From: Octopus bimaculoides
Lineage: Eukaryota
Assembly (NCBI RefSeq): GCF_001194135.2
Contig: NC_068981.1
Coordinates: 159,293,077-159,357,076 of the forward strand
Length of the DNA stretch: 64,000 bases
Direction of reading: 5' to 3'
The position numbers were made by a program, and so were the translations under genes. Each line of letters opens with the position of its first letter. Positions within the stretch are counted from its first letter, which is position 1. Below the pieces are notes generated by a model. It was not told the DNA's origin. It ran no database searches and saw nothing but the letters and a program-made list of their open reading frames with translations. Of the stretch, positions 52,608 through 64,000 are shown piece by piece.

Positions 52608-53460
52608 CATCATCATCATCACCGTTTAGCATCCGCTTTCTATGATGGCATGGGTTGGACGGTTTGGCTGAGGACTGGTGAGTCAGAAGGCTACAACAGG
52701 CTCCAATCTGATCTGGCAAAGTTTCTACAGCTGGATGCCCTTCCTAACGCCAACCACTCCGAGAGTATAGTGGTTGCTTTTTTGTGCCACCAGTACGAGG
52801 GCCAGTCAGGGGGTTCTGGCAATGACCACGCTCAGAATGTGTTTTTTATGTGCTACCTGCATGGGAGCCAGTCCGGTGGCACTGGCAATGACCTCGCTCG
52901 AATATTTCCCTTGATGTGCCAGTTACGTGACACTGACAACAATCATGCTCGAATGGTGCTTTTTATGTGCCACCAGCACAGGAGCCAATCAGCAGCCCTA
53001 GCAACGATCATGCTCGGATGGTGCTTTTAACGTTCCACTGGCACGAGTGCCAATCAAGCAGTACTGTCATCGGCCACGTCAGCGATTTTGATTTTGATTT
53101 CACTTGCCTCAACAGGTCTTCACAAGCAAAGTTTATTGTCCAATTAATGAGAGGTACTCATAAGTGGGCTGGTCACACCCACTGGCATAGGCCAAAGATT
53201 ATGGTCTCACTTGGCTTATCAGGTCTTCTCAAGCACAGCATATCTCCAAAGGTCTCAGTCACTAGTCATTGCCTCAGTAAGGCCTAATGTTCGAAGGTCG
53301 TGCTTCATCACCTCATCCCAGGTCTTCTTGTTGGGCCTCACAGAGAAGATGACAGGGGACAGAAACTCCTGGCAGTTTGTTGTGCTTGAGAACACACATC
53401 AAGCTAAGCAAAAGTATGATTGTCCTTGCATGCAGGCATACTCTGCATATCTCTCAAACT
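52608..53460 (-). mobile_element. RTE-clade LINE 3' end
   Basis: Reverse-complement match to 43130-43918, including the ORF2 remnant (53270-53460) and a (CAT)n tail. Confidence 0.78.
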
Positions 53461-56400
53461 GAGCGTTTCTAATCTTGCAGGCTCGTGGGTGCTGGTGCCA
53501 TGTAAAAAGCACCCATACTGGTGCCACATACACACAACCATGCTGATGCCATGTATAAAGCACCCAGTACACTCTGTAGAGTGATTGGTGTTAGGAAGAG
53601 CATCCAGCTGTAGAAAACATGCCAAAACAGTCATGGCGCCTGGACAGCTCTTCGGCTAGCCAGCTCCTGTCAAACTGTCCAACCCGTTTCAGCATGGAAA
53701 ACTGAGGTTAAATGATGATAATGATGACTGGATCAGTTTCACTTCTTTGCAATTATTCGTTAATTGGTAAACTATTTAACCAACTAACTAATCAGTTGTT
53801 TGATTAATCATTCAGTTAACCAATCAATCAGGTATGTTTGTCAAAGTCCTTTTGGCACCATTATCAAGAATCTTGCAAACCAAATACAGAAAATTAAATA
53901 TTATTTTACAATTTTAGTTCTTATGCATTATATGTGTACAAGTGTATAAAGAAATGTATACATATATATAACTAATTCACACACATGGAAATGAGTATAT
54001 TTTTATCATACAATCTTGTCTTAGAATGCAGGAGAAATTCCAATTCTAATCTAGCAATTTTGAATCATGGACTATAAGCCTTTAATTGCTAGAAAACTTT
54101 CCATTTACGTCACTCCTCTTTTTTCCTTAATCCATTTCCTCCAAGACCACTGATTATTTAGTAAATAAGTGGATTGTAGTTTGCAGAAGATGTGGAGATA
54201 ATTATTTAAGTTCTACTAAAAGTATGCACAAATCATTATACATATCTCAAGGGAGGCATATAATGAAGGAAAATTCCACAGTATATTTAGAGAACTTAGT
54301 AGTATGTAGGAAGAAACAGACTTTTACTTAAGGGCTATGAATAAACACAAATTGTGTATTCAAATGTGAGAGAATATCAAGAATAGCAAATAGATATAAT
54401 TTAGGAAAAGATAGTTTGATGAAAGTTGCATACAGCTTGCTTTAAGTAGACCTACATGAACAGAACATATAAACTTAACAGAGCAAAGATTTCTCAGAGT
54501 AATAGATTTTTGGTCATATCTGTCAGGCTTTATGCAATAACAGTAACTGAGAAAGGCGTAAACCTCTATTACTGACTCTTATAGCAACAGACTTTATTTA
54601 CTTTGGTCATGAATATATTCAAACACCGAAGTGGTAGCTTGACTTTTTAATACAGATGATTGGTAGAATCTCTGAAGTGATTTCTGTTTTCAGAGAAGGT
54701 TTTACCACAGTTGAATAATTCTAGATCAGATGATTGATCATGCATAATATGTCATCCATGGAGGTCAGTCATGTTGATGTTAAAAATATGTAATTTTAAA
54801 AATAATAATTATTAAATGATTGTTGTTGCAAACATTTTGATTCTGTTTAGAGAAGGTTTCTGTCAATATTGAAATAACTAAGAAAACTATTTGTAAAATA
54901 ATTAAAATCTCATTTTAACAAACAGAAATGCATGCTTTTCAAAGAGAAAGTCAATGGGAAGCAAACACTATTGAGAAATATGTTGAATGATGTAGTTTGA
55001 AACTTGATAGTTAGGATGAATTTTATTGCATACACATAGTGGAGCAAGTTGTCAATGTAAATGCTTGTAAAGAGTGTACTTGTTTACTTTCAGTGAGATA
55101 TAATGTTATTACAAAAATAATGAAAATAAACACAGCTTTGCAGCGTACAATAATTAAGACTTTAACAGCAAAGGTAACGTAGTCTAGCAGTTTGGGTATT
55201 GGACTTACATCATAAAACCATGGAGTCAAATTCTTGGACCAGGCAGTGCATTGTTTTCTTGAGCAAGGTACTTCATTTCACACTGCTCCAGTCTTCTTAT
55301 CTGAAGTGAGTGTCAGCTAAGTGCTGGTGGGTTTAGCCTGCTATCTCTCCAGCAGTCATACCCTGGATGATTTGTTAGGCCAATTTTGGAAATTACAATC
55401 CCCACTTCCTTTATTTTCAAACAGAAAATGAAACGCAATTTAAAAACAACAGCAAATATTTTTTAATGTTTTCATTCACCCCCACCCTCACCATAAACCT
55501 GTAAAATATCAGCTTTTTTTTTAAATTCTTTTAATCATAGATTTAAAATATGGATAGTCTGAATCTGCAATTTGTTTCTAATTTCAAAATAATTTTCAGA
55601 TGAGAAGGTGATTTAAGGGAGATTTAGTTGTTATTTCTAGCACATTGCATGACTACCTGGTACCTTGCTCGTTTCTTTGTCACTCTGACATGTACTGATG
55701 TTTTTCAATATTTCCTCCACACCTACCCCCATAAACATATTTTATGGAGTGATGACACGGTGGTTTGTTGCTGGGATGCAAGCAACAACACAAAAATTTC
55801 ATTATTTAAATTTTTAACCCCACACCGGCATTAAGTGAGCCCATGTGTATGTGCATGTGTGTAAGNNNNNNNNNNNNNNNNNNNNNNNNNNNNNNNNNNN
55901 NNNNNNNNNNNNNNNNNNNNNNNNNNNNNNNNNNNNNNNNNNNNNNNNNNNNNNNNNNNNNNNNNNNNNNNNNNNNNNNNNNNNNNNNNNNNNNNNNNNN
56001 NNNNNNNNNNNNNNNNNNNNNNNNNNNNNNNNNNNNNNNNNNNNNNNNNNNNNNNNNNNNNNNNNNNNNNNNNNNNNNNNNNNNNNNNNNNNNNNNNNNN
56101 NNNNNNNNNNNNNNNNNNNNNNNNNNNNNNNNNNNNNNNNNNNNNNNNNNNNNNNNNNNNNNNNNNNNNNNNNNNNNNNNNNNNNNNNNNNNNNNNNNNN
56201 NNNNNNNNNNNNNNNNNNNNNNNNNNNNNNNNNNNNNNNNNNNNNNNNNNNNNNNNNNNNNNNNNNNNNNNNNNNNNNNNNNNNNNNNNNNNNNNNNNNN
56301 NNNNNGAGAGAGAGATTGAGAGAGAGAGAGATTGAGAGAGAGATTCTGTTGCTATCACCAAATTTTGAAATTTCAAAATTAAGTGCAAATGTTCAGATTT

Positions 56401-56893
56401 GGTATATTGATGTATTTTTTCACAATGAATCCAATTTTGCAAGTTCTTTTTATTCAAAAATAATTTTAAAGAAAAATGTTACAGAGGTTTAAAGTTTGAT
56501 CATTTTTATCCAAGTAGAAAACAGGATTTGGAAGCTAAGCATTTTGCATGTGATAAGCTGTGTATCATAAAATGAAAGTAAATATTAGATGACAAGGTTT
56601 TAAACAAAATGAAATCTATGTATGAGAGTACATATACAGAGTGAGTGTCAAAAAGCATGGTAAGTATATATATATAGAGAGAGATATTGATGGCAATAGG
56701 AAGTGGGAGATTTGTGGATCTAAAAGTTGAGTTATTTCTAGTAGCAAATTATATTTTATAACTATTTATGAATGACATTGTCTGTGGGACACAGGTTTCA
56801 AAAATCAAATTTAATTTCCTTGAGGATGCACTATTTCAGAGCTTTTTGGGGCTAAACACACATACATAAACATATACACTTGCATTTATATTC

Positions 56894-57244
56894 GAGAGTG
56901 GCTGTGTGGTAAGTAGCTTGCTTACCAACCACATGGTTCCGGGTTCAGTCCCACTGCATGACACCTTGGGCAAAATGTCTTCTACTATAGCCTTGGGCTG
57001 ACCAAAGTCTTGTGAGTAGATTTGGTAGACAGAAACTGAAAGAAGCCCATCGTATATATGTATATGTATGTATATGTGTGTGTATGTGTTTGTCTGTGTT
57101 TGTCCCCCCAACATCGCTTGACAACTGATGCTGGTGTGTTTACGTCCCCGTAACTTAGCGGTTTGGCAAATGTGACCGATAGAATAAGTACTAGGCTTAG
57201 AAAGAATAAGTCCTGGAGTCGATTTGCTCGACTAAAGGCAGTGC
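56894..57244 (+). mobile_element. SINE family A, young copy truncated by a gap
   Basis: Close match to 8474-8797 through tcgatttgctcgactaaaggcagtgc. Confidence 0.82.
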
Positions 57245-57340
57245 NNNNNNNNNNNNNNNNNNNNNNNNNNNNNNNNNNNNNNNNNNNNNNNNNNNNNNNN
57301 NNNNNNNNNNNNNNNNNNNNNNNNNNNNNNNNNNNNNNNN

Positions 57341-57372
<32 letters not shown>

Positions 57373-57401
57373 TGTGTGTGTGTGTGTGTGTTGTATGATA
57401 T

Positions 57402-57665
57402 GTGAAGGTGCATGGCCTAGTGATTAGGCTGTTGCACTCACGATTGCTAGATCATAGGTTCAATTCCCTGACTGGGCAGAACGTTGTGTTCTTGAGCAAA
57501 ACACTTAATTTTACATTGCTCCATTCTCCCTTTGATCAGGGGGTATTGTTGGCCTGCTCACCTAGCCAGCGGGGTGACATCATTTGAAGGCTAAAACAAT
57601 GGAAAAAGCGCATTGTGACCAGCGATATGTAACAACATCTGATACTGTGGTCAGTCACATGATCA
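57402..57665 (+). mobile_element. SINE family G (tRNA-like head; others at 47140-47325 +, 55195-55330 +, 62015-62240 -)
   Basis: tggcctagtgatt A-box, ggttcaattccc B-box, ttcttgagcaaaacactt core shared among the copies. Confidence 0.7.
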
Positions 57666-57719
57666 CATGATGTGTGTGTGTGAATGCGTGTATATAGATC
57701 GCTGACCACAACATTCAAT

Positions 57720-57859
57720 TTTTTTTCTCCTTATTCTTTCTGTTGAAGAGCGTAGCTCGAAACGTTAAAGACTTTCTCTATTCCCGAGCGTTAAACTAAT
57801 ACATCCTTTTGTTGTTTACACCACCTGTCCTCGTCTGTTGTTTTTTTTCGTAAATTCTC

Positions 57860-57871
<12 letters not shown>
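57720..57871 (+). mobile_element. Penelope-like terminal repeat fragment with a hammerhead-like motif
   Basis: tctttCTGTTGAagagcgtagctcGAAAcgttaaaga; ends in (AT)n; homologous to 52466-52607. Confidence 0.55.
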
Positions 57872-57892
<21 letters not shown>

Positions 57893-58249
57893 NNNNNNNN
57901 NNNNNNNNNNNNNNNNNNNNNNNNNNNNNNNNNNNNNNNNNNNNNNNNNNNNNNNNNNNNNNNNNNNNNNNNNNNNNNNNNNNNNNNNNNNNNNNNNNNN
58001 NNNNNNNNNNNNNNNNNNNNNNNNNNNNNNNNNNNNNNNNNNNNNNNNNNNNNNNNNNNNNNNNNNNNNNNNNNNNNNNNNNNNNNNNNNNNNNNNNNNN
58101 NNNNNNNNNNNNNNNNNNNNNNNNNNNNNNNNNNNNNNNNNNNNNNNNNNNNNNNNNNNNNNNNNNNNNNNNNNNNNNNNNNNNNNNNNNNNNTCCAACC
58201 CATGCTAGCATGGAAAGCGGACGTTAAACGATGATGATGATGATGATGA

Positions 58250-58303
<54 letters not shown>

Positions 58304-59129
58304 ATAACCTATGCCAGTATGAAAAATGAACATATGATGATGATGATGATATATGTAATATATGTACAATGTAAAATCAAAAAATATTTTTAACAATGTG
58401 AAAATCAGACTATTTGAATTTGATTAATGATGCACTCAAACACACACACACACACATGCATACATGCACACATACATTGGGGATAATAAGTTTATGAAAA
58501 TTGATGTTCAATCACAACTTATGTTCATAAATATTTTCTTTATTTTCTTATATAAATCACATTTTTATACTTGCTATATAATGTTGTATTTTAATGTATT
58601 TCATTAAAACGAAGCCAATTTTTTACAGATTTAGTTGATATTTAAAATAATAAGTAAACAAAGATATTTAAATTATCATCATCATCATCATCATCTAACG
58701 TCTGCTTTCCATGCTGGCATGGGTTGGGAAACTTGGATCTTGCAATTGCTCTTACCACCACCACCATCATTATCATCATCATCTTCACCACCACAACAAC
58801 CACTATCACCATCACCATTACCATTACAATCATCATCATCATCATCATCATCATTTTAATGTCCACTTTTTCATGCTCACTTGAGTCAGATGGAATCAGT
58901 TGAAGTATGTTTTCTATGGCCTGATGCCCTTCCTGTCATCAACTGTCACCTGTTTCTGAGTCAAATAATATTTCCTCATGACCAGACATCATTTTTCAGA
59001 AGGCTGAAAGCAAAGAACATCGCTAGCATTACGGTGACACTCGTTTTCATCTTTTGCACAATGTCAAGGCAAGGAGTCAGCAATATCTATACATGTGTAT
59101 ACGCACATACATACACACACATATATATT

Positions 59130-59558
59130 CAAATGTGGTCGATGCCAGTGCCTCCTGACTGGCTCCCATGCCAGTGACACATAAAAAGCACCACTCAAAT
59201 GTAATCGATGCCAGGTCTGCCTGACTGGCTCCAGTGCCAGTGGCATGTAAAAAGTACTATATGAACATGATTGAAGCCAGTGCCCCCTGACTGGCTCCAG
59301 TGCCAGTGACACATAGAAAGCACCATCCAAACGTGATTGATGCCAGGGCTGCCTTACTGGCTCCTGTGCCAGTGGCACGTAAAAAGCACCCACTATCCTC
59401 TCGGAGTGGTTGGCATTAGGAAGGGCATCCAACTGTAGAAACATTGCAAGATTAAATTGGAACCTGGTGCAGCCTGCTGGCTTTCCAGACCTCAGTCAAA
59501 CCATCCAACCTATGCCAGCATGGAAAACGGACGTTAAACGATGATGATGGTGATGATC
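59130..59558 (+). mobile_element. RTE 3' UTR/tail copy with four ~60-bp units
   Basis: gccagtgcc...ctgactggctcc...gtggca...aaaagcacc repeated four times, then the shared tail and (GAT)n. Confidence 0.75.
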
Positions 59559-60258
59559 ACACACGCACACACACACGCACACACACACACACACACATTT
59601 GACTGGCTTCTTTCAGTTTCTGTCTACCAAATCTACTCACATGGCTTTGATTGGCCTGGGGTTATTGTAGATAACATTATCCAGGATGCCATGCAGTGGG
59701 ACTGAACCCGAAACCATGTGCTCAGGAAGCAAACTTCTTACCACCACACAACCATGTCAGTGCCTTATGTACAAATGTTCTAATTTTTCCTTCATTTTAT
59801 GTGTTCATTGATACATGTCTATATTTTCTTGTGTAAAAGTTTAGCCATTCTTAGCTATTCACAAAATATTTACTTTTTTTTTAGGGTTGTATAAACTAAT
59901 TCTTATTTTATGAGATGTGTTTGAAGAAAATGAAGCTTACAATGTAAGCTATTTACTCTAATATTATCAACTTGAGTGCCACTATAAATATTGTTTGTAT
60001 AGTGTTTGAATGTTTGAATAAGAACTATATTTTATTGTTGATAACAGGCTTTTTTCCTATACACATATATATTGTTTTTGCCTTTTTGACCACACTGGTA
60101 TGGCTGTGTTATAAGAAGTTTGTTTCCCAACCACATGGTTCTGGGATCAGTCCCACTGTGTGAAACCTTAGGCAAGTGTCTTCTACTACAGCCCTGGGCT
60201 GACCAAAGCCTTGTGAGTGGATTTGATTGGTGAAAACTGAAAGAAGCCCGTCACACAT

Positions 60259-60299
<41 letters not shown>

Positions 60300-61265
60300 N
60301 NNNNNNNNNNNNNNNNNNNNNNNNNNNNNNNNNNNNNNNNNNNNNNNNNNNNNNNNNNNNNNNNNNNNNNNNNNNNNNNNNNNNNNNNNNNNNNNNNNNN
60401 NNNNNNNNNNNNNNNNNNNNNNNNNNNNNNNNNNNNNNNNNNNNNNNNNNNNNNNNNNNNNNNNNNNNNNNNNNNNNNNNNNNNNNNNNNNNNNNNNNNN
60501 NNNNNNNNNNNNNNNNNNNNNNNNNNNNNNNNNNNNNNNNNNNNNNNNNNNNNNNNNNNNNNNNNNNNNNNNNNNNNNNNNNNNNNNNNNNNNNNNNNNN
60601 NNNNNNNNNNNNNNNNNNNNNNNNNNNNNNNNNNNNNNNNNNNNNNNNNNNNNNNNNNNNNNNNNNNNNNNNNNNNNNNNNNNNNNNNNNNNNNNNNNNN
60701 NNNNNNNNNNNNNNNNNNNNNNNNNNNNNNNNNNNNNNNNNNNNNNNNNNNNNNNNNNNNNNNNNNNNNNNNNNNNNNNNNNNNNNNNNNNNNNNNNNNN
60801 NNNNNNNNNNNNNNNNNNNNNNNNNNNNNNNNNNNNNNNNNNNNNNNNNNNNNNNNNNNNNNNNNNNNNNNNNNNNNNNNNNNNNNNNNNNNNNNNNNNN
60901 NNNNNNNNNNNNNNNNNNNNNNNNNNNNNNNNNNNNNNNNNNNNNNNNNNNNNNNNNNNNNNNNNNNNNNNNNNNNNNNNNNNNNNNNNNNNNNNNNNNN
61001 NNNNNNNNNNNNNNNNNNNNNNNNNNNNNNNNNNNNNNNNNNNNNNNNNNNNNNNNNNNNNNNNNNNNNNNNNNNNNNNNNNNNNNNNNNNNNNNNNNNN
61101 NNNNNNNNNNNNNNNNNNNNNNNNNNNNNNNNNNNNNNNNNNNNNNNNNNNNNNNNNNNNNNNNNNNNNNNNNNNNNNNNNNNNNNNNNNNNNNNNNNNN
61201 NNNNNNNNNNNNNNNNNNNNNNNNNNNNNNNNNNNNNNNNNNNNNNNNNNNNNNNNNNNNNNNNN
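60300..61265. other. Largest assembly gap (one of many N runs, most bordered by microsatellites)
   Basis: N run between (TA)n tracts. Confidence 0.99.
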
Positions 61266-61409
61266 TATATATATATATATAAGCTGGTTAGGAAGGGCAT
61301 CGAGCTGTAGAAACTGCCAAATCAGATTGGAGCCTGGTGTAGCCATCTGGTTCACCAGTCCTCAGTCAAATTGCCCAACCCATGCTAGCATGGAAAGTGG
61401 ACGTTAAAC

Positions 61410-61446
<37 letters not shown>

Positions 61447-62280
61447 TGGGTGTGTGTGTGTGTGCGCACGTTTGTCTGTGTTTGTCACCCACCACTGCTT
61501 GACAACTGGACTTGATTTGTTTGACCAAATCCTTCAATGTCATGTCCTAGGATAGCTGCAGTCTAATCATGGAAAAAAGTAAAGTCAGTATGGCCAACTT
61601 TTACTGGAGAAGTATATGAATAATTGCACTGAACTCAGTATATTACTGGTACATAAGTAATGGAGACAAGAAACCAAAAGCCAGCTTTGACTTGTATTCA
61701 AACTGCCTCCTCTCTGACACTCTTGGTCATTTACTCTCCTTCAAGTTACACTCTGGGTCAAGAACAGAGACTTTGTTGAGAGAACTCTTTAGACGTGATG
61801 AACAAGTTAACCTCTCCAGTGTTGGCACCACAATACTACACATTGAATATACACTGTGTAAAGTGGTTCATGTTATGACAGACATGAGAACCTGTGCAAC
61901 CCATGCCAGTAAGAAAAACACATAAATTATGATAATACACCACACCATAGTTGTTACACACAAGTGAATATGAGTCAGTAACACCACATACAATGGTTAG
62001 TGCACAGTACTCCGCAAGGAGCATTGGGCCGGTTTCCTGGTTTCTCTGACATACATTTTCCTCCCTAGTTGGGATGTCAGTCTGTCACAGGATTACTCAT
62101 TTTCACCAGCTGAGTGGACTGGAGCAATGTAAAATGAAGTGTTTTGCTCAAGAACACAATGTGTCACCCAGTCCAGGAATTGAAACCACAATTTTACAAT
62201 CATGAGTTCGACACCCTAACTACTAAGTCATGCTCTTCCATGTACTATGGCTTTTTCTGATAGCTTTACGTGCCTATGTA

Positions 62281-63558
62281 CTGTGTCATCCCATAAATAA
62301 TGTGGTTTTCAATTGCATGAACTAAAAGTCAGAGGGGGATGGGATAAACTACCTGCATCAACTTGCTATAAAAGCAGGTAGTAATTTTACCTTGTCCTTA
62401 TTCTTAGTGCAAGTTCTGAAGAGTGCAGTTCGATTTTAAGTTATTTTTTTCAAAGCAATAATGGAAGTGACAAAGGAGCATATTTGGCATATTTTGCTTT
62501 ATGAGTTCAATAAAGGCAACAATGCAATGGAAAATACAAGGAATATTAATGCAGTATATGGGGATCAGACGATAAGTGTAAGCCAGTGTCAACGGTGGTT
62601 CCAGAAATCCCATGCCAGAAGCTACAGCACAAAAGATGAGCTTTATTTTGGAAGATCTGTAGAGCTTGACAAGGACATCCTGGAAACTTTGGTGGAACAA
62701 AATCCCATCATAACTGTTGAGGAACTAGCAGAGAAGCTTAGATTTGATCATTCAACCATTCATCAACACCTGCTTACCATCGGAAAAGTTAGCAAATTGG
62801 GTCAGTAGGTTCTTCGCAAACTTTTCGAGTCTAATCGTGAGCAGAGAGTGAAGGTGTGCTCTTCTTTGCTGTCATGTCTCATGAACAAACCTTTTCTGGA
62901 CTGAATAGTGGCTTGTGACGAGAAATGGGTTCTCTATGAAAATGTCAAGCACTGCAAACAGTGGGTAGGGAAAGGAGAAACATGGGCACTCCAGGCTAAA
63001 GAAGGTCTTGACCCACATAAGGTGTTGTTATCTGTTTGGTGGGATATGAAAGGTTTAGTCCACTTTGAACTTTTAAACCCAAACCAAACGATAACAAAGG
63101 AGATCTACTGTGAGCAGCTTGAATGGCTTAAGTCTGTGCAAGAAGCAAAATAACCATATTTGGTTTCAAGATGAAAGGTGTTCTTCCATTAGGATAATGC
63201 TCAGCCACATACAGCAAGGATGACATTCCAAAGGCTGGAGCAGTTTGAATGGGAAATGATGCCCCACCCACCATATTCACCGGACATTGCCCCATCTGAT
63301 TATCATTCATTCTGCAGTCTTCAAAACCATTTGGACGAAAAAAATATGAATTCTGTAGACAAGGCCAGAACAGTAGTGGAAAAGTATTTTTCATCATGGA
63401 CAAATGAATTTTTGAAGAGGAGTCTTGCAAGTCTACCGGATAAATGGTGTTGAAGAAAATGAAGGAGAGTATATTTTACATTAAAAAAGAACTTTGTTTA
63501 TCTTAATTCTGAAAAATAAAAGTAGATTAAAAACTGCAATATTTAGGGGATGATGCAA
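62281..63558 (+). mobile_element. Full-length inactive mariner (DD34D) transposon
   Basis: Imperfect TIRs (ctgtgtcatcccataaat / atttaggggatgatgcaa) flanked by TA at 62279-80 and 63559-60; 1278 bp. Confidence 0.93.
62461..63484 (+). pseudogene. mariner transposase pseudogene
   Basis: HTH region (SVSQCQRWFQK), ACDEKWVLYEN, KVLLSVWWD, H*DNAQPH, HPPYSPDIAPSDY with D34D spacing; several in-frame stops. Confidence 0.92.
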
Positions 63559-64000
63559 TATATATGTATAGATAGTTAGATAAATTCCCATGCACACAGA
63601 AATACACACACTCTGTGTGTGTGTGTGTGCGTGGCTGAATGGATGGCTGTTGTTGCATAATTATGAAATTCTTTGGATGGTGTTCAGGTATGAAGAAATG
63701 GCCTGATTTACTCCTACAATTAACGTGTAGCAGTAAATTGGACCATTTTCTCATACCTAAATACCACCTGAGGCTGACGTGTGTGTGAGTTCAATACGTA
63801 TATACACACATACATACATATATACATACATACATTCACATATACACACGCACACACACAGTATAAAGAAAAAAAGTGTAAATTTTGCAAATACTTCAAA
63901 ATCTAATTATATTGTTTCATTAGCTTGATTAATTCCATAATTATGTAATTGAGATACATAATCTATTTTGATTAATTTAAAGCAATGTTTATCCCAGATC

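Noticed and set aside
54600-54880. Minus-strand CGKTFSEN (C2H2-like) and KKSSYHFGV (like the wing motif), plus a degenerate 157-bp-spaced duplication
   Set aside because: Immediate stops, no U12 or U2 splice signals, and spacing does not fit the 84-bp zinc-finger period; probably chance.

Overview
AT-rich, gapped eukaryotic scaffold dense in microsatellites and SINEs. The repeat content resembles an octopod cephalopod (inference). No prokaryotic features, CRISPR arrays, rRNA or free-standing tRNA genes are supported. The main result is a spliced minus-strand gene that the ORF track misses. Five exons (46351-46519, 41551-41684, 37910-38084, 36173-36215, 28783-28989) join into one open frame. 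They encode two tandem copies of a ~65-aa RFX-like winged-helix-type domain, an acidic linker and an IKSEP/Ser-Thr-rich tail. Each domain copy is interrupted at the same codon position by a minor-spliceosome (U12) AT-AC intron with an ATATCCTTT donor and a TCCTTAAC branch site. The rest is transposon debris: a full-length dead mariner, an internally deleted Helitron with both ends, and fragments of R4/Dong, RTE, CR1, Tx1/L1 and Penelope-like elements. There are also hAT MITEs and at least three tRNA-derived SINE families, some sharing 3' tails with LINE fragments in the window. CpG density drops sharply near 17.5 kb. TE boundaries are read by eye and are approximate unless stated otherwise.
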